64,000 nucleotides of DNA, from NCBI GenBank assembly GCA_963716255.1, contig OY970303.1, positions 5,056,001-5,120,000 on the forward strand. Direction: 5' to 3'. Within the stretch, counting starts at the first letter, position 1. Each line of letters begins with the position of its first letter. The position numbers and the translations under genes were made by a program. Source of the stretch: an uncultured Gemmatimonadales bacterium. GTDB taxonomy: Bacteria; Gemmatimonadota; Gemmatimonadetes; Longimicrobiales; Longimicrobiaceae. This document shows positions 57,839 through 64,000 of the stretch, one piece after another. The notes below the pieces were generated by a model. The model made no database searches. It was not told the origin of the DNA and worked only from the letters and a program-made list of their open reading frames with translations.

Positions 57839-58825
57839 TTGGAGGAATTCGTCAGGCTGGTCGGACCGAGCCGGGCCGTGGAGATCTTCGGGGTCCGGCT
57901 CGTCGGGGTGAACGCGGAGAACGGCACGAAGCTCCTGCTCACCCTGGTCTTCATCGCAGCCACCATCCTGCTCGCGCGCACGGTGCGCGGGCTGGGGAGC
58001 TGGGTCCTGGGCGGGCGCCGGGACCGGCGGGCCGCCTTCTGGTTCCGGCAGGCGGTCAACCTGGGCACCGCGGTGGTGCTGGTGCTCGGCTTCGTGTCGA
58101 TCTGGTTCGACGACCCCACCCGGCTGGCGACGGCGCTCGGCCTGGTGACGGCCGGCCTCGCCTTCGCGCTCCGGACGGTCATCACCGCGCTCGCAGGCTA
58201 CTTCGTCATCCTGCGCGGGCAGACGTTCAATGTCGGCGACCGCATCTCCATGGGCGGGGTCCGCGGCGACGTGATCGCGCTGGGCTTCCTCCAAACCACC
58301 ATCATGGAGATGGGCCAGCCCCCCGCCGTGCAGGAGGCGGACCCGGCGATGTGGGTCCGGAGCCGCCAGTACACCGGCCGCGTCGTCACCGTGAGCAACG
58401 CCCGCATCTTCGACGAGCCGGTCTACAACTACAGCCGGGAGCTCCCGTACCTGTGGGAGGAGATGGCGCTGCCGGTCCCCTACGCCGCCGACCGCGCGCG
58501 GGCCGAGCGCGTCCTGCTGGAGGCCGCGGAGCGCCACACCGTGCCGATCGGCGAGGTGAGCCGGGAAGCCCTCCAGGAGATGCAGCGCCGCTACGCCATG
58601 AGCCCCGCGGACACGAAGCCGCGGGTGTACTGCCGCCTGACCGACAACTGGCTGGAGATGACGGTGCGGTTCGTCGTCCCCGACCACGGGATCCGCGAGG
58701 TCAAGGACGCCATGACCCGGGAGATCCTCCAGGGGCTGGACGAAGCCGGGATCGGCGTCGCCTCGGCGACGCTCGAGGTCGTGCGCCTCCCGCCGCTCCG
58801 CCTCCACGACGAGAGGGACCGATGA
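57839..58825 (+). CDS. mscS: MscS-family mechanosensitive channel
   Basis: AGLAFAL..ITALAGYFVILRGQTFNVGDRISMGGVRGDV, YTGRVVTVSN, VYNYS; TTG start after GGAGGT. Confidence 0.9.
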   Translation: MEEFVRLVGPSRAVEIFGVRLVGVNAENGTKLLLTLVFIAATILLARTVRGLGSWVLGGRRDRRAAFWFRQAVNLGTAVVLVLGFVSIWFDDPTRLATALGLVTAGLAFALRTVITALAGYFVILRGQTFNVGDRISMGGVRGDVIALGFLQTTIMEMGQPPAVQEADPAMWVRSRQYTGRVVTVSNARIFDEPVYNYSRELPYLWEEMALPVPYAADRARAERVLLEAAERHTVPIGEVSREALQEMQRRYAMSPADTKPRVYCRLTDNWLEMTVRFVVPDHGIREVKDAMTREILQGLDEAGIGVASATLEVVRLPPLRLHDERDR

Positions 58826-58869
58826 CCGGAGCGGGTGCCGGAGCCGCCTGCCGGGGGGGCGGAACCTGC

Positions 58870-59045
58870 ACTGCCGCCCGATCCAGGCTCCACCCATTCC
58901 GTTCCCGTGTCGAGGCCCACCACTCCCTGACGCGCCTGGCTGCTCCAGCGGTGCGGGCGTTGCGTCGAGGGCTACCCCCCGTGGTGCCGGGGGGTTCACC
59001 AGAGTGCCGCCACGTCCCCCCGGGCCGGGTGTAGATGCAGGTCCC
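58870..59045. repeat. Inverted copy of the 11447-11615 intergenic/dedA-start segment
   Basis: Reverse complement match seen by eye; dedA is cut after about 7 codons. Confidence 0.85.
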
Positions 59046-59161
59046 GGGGTGCATGCCGTGTACGGCGCGTACCGCTGGAATCTCGTGCGGTGACGTGCGA
59101 GCGCACGCCGTCCCCGTTCCCTCGCGGGAGGCGACGCACGCCGGACGTCGCCTCCCCCTAT

Positions 59162-59350
59162 CAGGTTGCTGAAAAAGTCTAGTGTTCCCGGCCACCGGTC
59201 CGGAGGACAAACAGTGGGTTGAAATCTTCAGTTGCCCAGGACGGTCGTACGCCACTCCCGCCACCTTCGACACAAAAAGCTGAAGATTCTAAACCGCCTC
59301 ACTCGGAAACAGATGGCTCATTTCGTAGCGGCGACTTTTTCAGCAACCTG
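59162..59350. mobile_element. 189-bp MITE with perfect 18-bp TIRs and CTAT target duplication
   Basis: CTAT|CAGGTTGCTGAAAAAGTC ... GACTTTTTCAGCAACCTG|CTAT; lower GC; no transposase. Confidence 0.9.
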
Positions 59351-59388
59351 CTATGCCGTCACCCACTTTCGGAACCCCGAGCGATACG

Positions 59389-59512
59389 ATGCAAGCCGAC
59401 AGCGCCGCACCCCTGCTCCCCGCCACCGCGATCCAGAGGATCCTGGCTCCGGTCTCCGCCTTCATCCGGACCGAGTCGGCCGGCGGCCTGGTGCTCATGG
59501 CGGCGGCCGCGG
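59389..59512 (+). pseudogene. nhaA: 5' remnant of nhaA
   Basis: IQRILAPVSAFIRTESAGGLVLMAAAA matches the N-terminus of 8994-10382, then diverges. Confidence 0.8.
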
Positions 59513-59689
59513 GTGCGAAGAACCGCTCCCTGAGCGGGGCGAAGCCGCTGTCGCGGGAGACGGAAGGTAGTACTTGGAGAGCGCTTCGACGGGTGCGGCC
59601 GGGTCCTCCACCGGAGCGGGCGCTTGGACCTGATCCCGAGGTGCTGAGTACCTGGCGGACGCGGAGGCGGGCGGCCTGACCCTGGGCGG

Positions 59690-60208
59690 CTACGGCGCGG
59701 CGCGGACCTCGATCCTCACTACGCCGCGCACCGAGCGCACCGGGCGGAGGGGACCGTCGGCCGCGGCGAGCGGCGAGCCGTCGGCGCGGTCCGCGAGCAC
59801 GACGGGCCCGCCCGTCGCGGCGGGCACGGTGGCTGGGTCCAGCTCCGCGAGCGACATAACGGCACGGTAGCCGTCGCCCGCGGTCACCACGACGTACCGG
59901 GCGAGCGCGGGCCCGCGCAGGTTCCCCCACGCCCCCGCCGTGCCGTCCGCCGCGCTTCCGGCGGGCAACGCCCCCGCGCTCCTGAGCAGCTCCGCGAGCG
60001 CCACTCCCTCGAAGAGATGCACCGTGCCGTGCTGCGTAGCCGTGACGGCGGCGCGCGGGAGGCGGGCCACCTCCGCGAGCGTGAAGACCCGGCTGGTTCC
60101 GTCGGCGACCACGACGACGCTGGCGCCGGCGGGCGCCTGGCCGGTAAGCCGGCCGGCTCCGAACAGGGCGGCGGCGAGGGCGAGCAGGAAGACGGGGCGG
60201 ATGGGCAT
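59690..60208 (-). CDS. Exported protein of the molybdopterin-oxidoreductase-like small protein type
   Basis: Signal peptide, FEGVALAELL, YVVVTAGDGYRAVMSLAELDP, DGSPL...GPLR; may carry a short deletion after GPLR. Confidence 0.65.
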   Translation of the reverse strand: MPIRPVFLLALAAALFGAGRLTGQAPAGASVVVVADGTSRVFTLAEVARLPRAAVTATQHGTVHLFEGVALAELLRSAGALPAGSAADGTAGAWGNLRGPALARYVVVTAGDGYRAVMSLAELDPATVPAATGGPVVLADRADGSPLAAADGPLRPVRSVRGVVRIEVRAAP

Positions 60209-60234
60209 GGAGCACGAGGATGGAGGTGGGGAGA

Positions 60235-60700
60235 TGCGTGGACTGCTCCCCTTCCTTTCCTTCCTCTGCTTCAACTTCTTCTTCCTCCCGCCGTACGGCA
60301 CCTTCGTCGTCCACGACCCGCTCGACTGGCTGGTCCTCTTCACCTTCCTGGTGGTGGCCGGCGTCGCCACCCATCTCCTCTACCGCACCCGCAGCGAGGC
60401 CGAGGAGGCGAGGCGGCGCGCGGGCGAGATCGAGCGGCTATCCACGCTCGGGGCGGAAACGCTGAACGCGGCCCGGGCGGAAGACGCGATCCACGCCGTA
60501 GCCGAGGTGATCCGGAGCACTCTGGGGATGGACGCGTGCGAGATCTGCCGGACGGCGACCGCAGTGTGAGGCTGGGGGCGCGCGTGTGGAGCGCCACCTC
60601 CGCGGGCGACGACGACGGCACGCAGGCGGCGGCAAGGTCCGTCGACCGGGGGGCCGGGATCGTGGAGCTGCTGGACGGGACTACGCGCGTTCTAGCCCAC
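60235..60700 (+). pseudogene. KdpD-like DUF4118 membrane sensor fragment
   Basis: FLCFNFFFLPPYGTFVVHDPLDWLVLFTFLVVA followed by the start of a GAF domain; no N-terminus and no kinase core. Confidence 0.7.
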
Positions 60701-61051
60701 GGCGAGGCGGGTGTGAGAAGTCGAAGGCGCCGCTACAAAGTCACACCCGACGCTACAGAAGTCATAGTCCCCGCTACTGTCCCGTGTAGCAGGCCGCCTG
60801 ACCCGGCGTGTCGAAGCCCGAGAAGAACGCACATTGGGATGGATCCGAACTCCGCTACGAGAATCGTTCTTCCAAGCGGATTCCGTGCGCGGGTCTTGCA
60901 TGGGGAACCGCGCCCGTGCCGCCTCAAAGTCATCTGCGTGAACTTTACGGCAAGGTGAGGACCGTCAACGAGTCGCCGCGGAACGGCGACCCTGCGCCGT
61001 TCCGTCCTCTTCATAGGGAGCGCGAGTGTCTTTTCGGACACCGCGACGAGC

Positions 61052-62929
61052 GTGACGACCAAGCAAAGGATCGACCCCCTCGGTGTGATCACGGATGTGA
61101 TCCGCGTCCTGGCTGGTTCGCTGGACTACGAGACCACTCTCGCCGCCGTGTCCCGGCTCGCCCTGCCGGAGCTCGGGAGCTGGTGCGTGCTCGATGTCTG
61201 CGAAGAGAACGGGAACATGCGCCGTGTCGCGGTCGTCCACCCGGACCCGTCTCTGCAGGAGATCGCGCGCGGTCTCGAGAGCGGGTGGCCCCCGGAAAGG
61301 GACGCCCCGCTCGGTGCGCCGGCCGTGATGCGCACCCGGAAGTTGGTGGTGATCCATCGGGTCGATGACGCGCTCCTGGTCGGGGTTGCGCCGACACCGG
61401 CGGTGCTCGGCGCCCTCCGTGGGCTCGGGATCGGATCCCTGATCACCGTCCCGCTGATCGCGCGCGACGAAGTGCTGGGTGCGATCACCTTCGTGAGTGC
61501 GACGGCGGGACGCGAGTACGATCCGGCCGACGTCGCGCTCGCCGAGCACATCGCCGCGCTTGCCGCGCTCGCGATGGACAACGCCCGTCTGCACCACGCC
61601 GCACTCGGTCTCGCCGCGGCCGAGGCGGCGAACCGGGCCAAGTCCGATTTCCTGGCCACGATGAGCCACGAGATCCGGACGCCGATCAACGCAATCCTCG
61701 GGTACGCCCAACTCCTCGAGATGGGGCTCGCGGGACCCATCACCCCGGCCCAGCGCGACTTCCTCGTCCGCGTCCGCCTGAGCGGCAGTCACCTCGCCGG
61801 GCTTGTCACGGAGGTGCTCGAGCTGGCCAAGATAGAGGCAGGGCAGCTCCCCGTGGCCCGCGCGCCCGCGATGACCTCGTCGGCCGTCGTGACCGCCCTC
61901 TCGCTGATCTTCCCCGCAGCCCAGGCCAAAGGCGTCGGCGTGTTCGAGGCCGAAGCGGACCCGCCGGCCGGATCGTCGGGTGTCGCCTACGTGGGCGACG
62001 AGCAGCGCGTGGGGCAGGTGCTGGTCAACCTCCTCGCGAATGCCGTCCGGTTCACCGCTCCCGGGGGCTCCGTGACCGTGTCGTGCGGGTCCACCGAGCA
62101 GGCTCCTTCCACGGCGACGCTGGCCGGCGGTGGGCCGTGGGCGTTCATCCGCGTCGCCGACACCGGCCGCGGCATCCCGCACGCCCAGCAGGCCGCGGTG
62201 TTCGAGCCGTTCGTGCAGGAGGCTGGAGGGCTCACGCGGACGGAGGGAGGGACGGGGCTCGGTCTGACCATCAGCCGCCGCCTCGCCCGCCTGATGGGCG
62301 GGGACCTGACGCTCGAAAGCGTGCCGGGCGAGGGCGCAACCTTCACGCTCTGGCTGCCGTCCGCCACAGAAACCCCGGACGGTGTGGACGGTGACTGGGT
62401 GGAGAGCGCGGAGGCACGGATCGCACGCTCGCTCGCGGCGCGCCCCGGCTACCGCGCATATGGCCTGGCGGAGATCGGAACGCACGTGCGCCGCCACGTC
62501 GAAGACGTGCTGGAGTCGGTCGCCACGCGGCTCCGCGCCGACCCGGCGTTCACGCAGGTGGCCGCGCTCCGCCGCTCGGAACTGGAGGACCACCAGCTCG
62601 CCTTCCTCACCGACGTCGTCCAATCGCTGGTCGTCATTGAAGAAACCGGGGGGGTCGATTCGGATCTCTACCGGGCCGGAAGCGAGATCCAGCGCGTCGT
62701 GTCGGGTCTCCACGGGCGCATGCGATACAAGCAGGGGTGGACCGCGGCGCAGCTGGATCAGGAGTCCGCGATCGTGGCCGAAGAGATCGAAGCGCTGATT
62801 CGCCGGCACGTCCCGGACGGCACGGGCGATGTCACGGTGGCGCTCGGGGTGGTCCGGCACCTGATCGAGCAGGCCCGGGTGGCGAGCGTCCAGGCATACC
62901 ACCATGCGGCGCAGGTAAGCGGGGCATAG
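61052..62929 (+). CDS. GAF histidine kinase with an extra C-terminal helical domain
   Basis: [44 protein letters not shown], then about 185 further residues. Confidence 0.92.
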   Translation: MTTKQRIDPLGVITDVIRVLAGSLDYETTLAAVSRLALPELGSWCVLDVCEENGNMRRVAVVHPDPSLQEIARGLESGWPPERDAPLGAPAVMRTRKLVVIHRVDDALLVGVAPTPAVLGALRGLGIGSLITVPLIARDEVLGAITFVSATAGREYDPADVALAEHIAALAALAMDNARLHHAALGLAAAEAANRAKSDFLATMSHEIRTPINAILGYAQLLEMGLAGPITPAQRDFLVRVRLSGSHLAGLVTEVLELAKIEAGQLPVARAPAMTSSAVVTALSLIFPAAQAKGVGVFEAEADPPAGSSGVAYVGDEQRVGQVLVNLLANAVRFTAPGGSVTVSCGSTEQAPSTATLAGGGPWAFIRVADTGRGIPHAQQAAVFEPFVQEAGGLTRTEGGTGLGLTISRRLARLMGGDLTLESVPGEGATFTLWLPSATETPDGVDGDWVESAEARIARSLAARPGYRAYGLAEIGTHVRRHVEDVLESVATRLRADPAFTQVAALRRSELEDHQLAFLTDVVQSLVVIEETGGVDSDLYRAGSEIQRVVSGLHGRMRYKQGWTAAQLDQESAIVAEEIEALIRRHVPDGTGDVTVALGVVRHLIEQARVASVQAYHHAAQVSGA

Positions 62930-62959
62930 CAGCGGGCGTGTCCATTTCCGCCAATTGGA

Positions 62960-63804
62960 CTCCGAGTCTCATTCGCGCGGGTCCGAAACGCTCCCTTTCC
63001 GAGACCGACGGCGCGGCGCATCGACGCCCTGTCCCTCCGACGAGGTACGTCTTCGCCGGAGGACGGCCGCGCGGACGAGCTGGACACCATCGAGCGGACC
63101 ATCACCGAGGCCGAGCGGCGCGGCGAGACGCGCGAGCAGGCGGCGGAAGCCCTGGTACGCGAGTACGCCGGCCTGCTGGCAGACACCGCGGGTGCCGTGG
63201 GCCACAAGCTGGACGAGGTCCGGCTCCCGCTGCACATCCTTCTCACCAGCCCGTTCGGGGCGCTGAACGAGAAACCAGGAGGAGATGATCTCGGCCGCGC
63301 AGGCCGCGGCGGACGCCCGCCGACGAGGAGCTCCGCTTCGTCGTCCGCATCGTGGAGCTGGACGCGGGGCGGGTGGAATCGCACCCGCAAGCGATTCGCC
63401 TGCGCGACCTGCTGGCCCCGGTGCTCGCTGCGGCCGCGTCGCGCATCCGCCAGGCAGGCGGCACTCTGGAGTCGGATCTGCCTCCGATGCTCCCGCACGT
63501 GCAAGTCGATCCGCATCACTCGCGCGAGGCCCTGTTTCTGATCCTGGACAGGCTCGCCGGCCGCTCCGGGCCAGGATCGGGAGTGCGCCTGTCAGCCGAG
63601 GCCGGCGAGGGATTCGTGCGCCTGCGCTTCGAGGATGGGTCCCTCCGGGTGGAGGAGCGGTTGCCGCTCGCGCAGCGGCTGCTCCGCCTGCAGGATGCTG
63701 GGATCACCACGCTGGCGGACGGAGCCCTCGAGATCCGTTTCCCCACCACCGGGCGGGGGCCTGGCGTGTCGAAGCGATCGGCCGTCACGGATCTGCCGGA
63801 ATAG
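62960..63804 (+). pseudogene. Frameshifted degenerate HisKA-like gene
   Basis: HKLDEVRLPLHILLTSPFGALNE / NQEEMISAA / ELRFVVRIVELDAGR fall in three frames; no G-boxes. Confidence 0.55.
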
Positions 63805-63813
63805 CCTGGCACG

Positions 63814-63923
63814 CTAGTGTAGTGCCGCTCAAGTTCCGTGCTGATTCAGATGCCGGAACCGCGAGCCTGCTTGCGAATCACGACTAAACGAAGCGACACA
63901 AAACTTCGGAGTCACTACACTAG
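63814..63923. mobile_element. About 110-bp MITE-like element bounded by CTAG and imperfect TIRs
   Basis: CTAG TGTAGTGCCGCTCAAGTTCCGTG ... CACAAAACTTCGGAGTCACTACA CTAG. Confidence 0.72.
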
Positions 63924-64000
63924 AGGCGGAGAAGGTGGCGCGGGTGCAGCTCACCATCTTTCGACGAGAAAGGTGATCAGCCGCCGACCCCGGACGACCT

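Overview
Very GC-rich bacterial DNA from a diderm organism; the gene content (TonB receptor, Pal-like lipoprotein, sigma54 system, orphan kinases) suggests Gemmatimonadota, by inference only. The window is an accessory stress, ion-homeostasis and signalling island shaped by repeated segmental duplication and decay. (i) 3.9-8.8 kb: a copper-type module of a His/Cys-rich leader ORF ending in an APP motif, MbnP, MbnH and a TonB-dependent receptor. (ii) Transport and membrane genes: NhaA, a Ca2+/Na+ antiporter, DedA, two voltage-gated-type channels and two MscS. (iii) A cassette present in two diverged direct copies (about 12.2-22.0 kb and 40.2-58.8 kb) plus further partial copies. In it a GntR regulator is divergent from a Zn-ribbon protein and a membrane histidine kinase, followed by a tandem USP, DUF2254 and MscS. 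On the GntR side lie DUF389, a HAMP kinase, a sigma54 response regulator, USP, Pal, a lytic transglycosylase, an HExxH lipoprotein and another kinase. Both copies of the divergent intergenic region keep paired TGATAC-N7-GTATCA palindromes exactly 146 bp apart, one abutting a sigma54 -24/-12 promoter. Many pseudogene fragments, two MITEs and a lone Tn3-type inverted repeat record the rearrangements. I saw no rRNA, tRNA or CRISPR array. Family assignments come from motifs recognised by eye, not from database searches.
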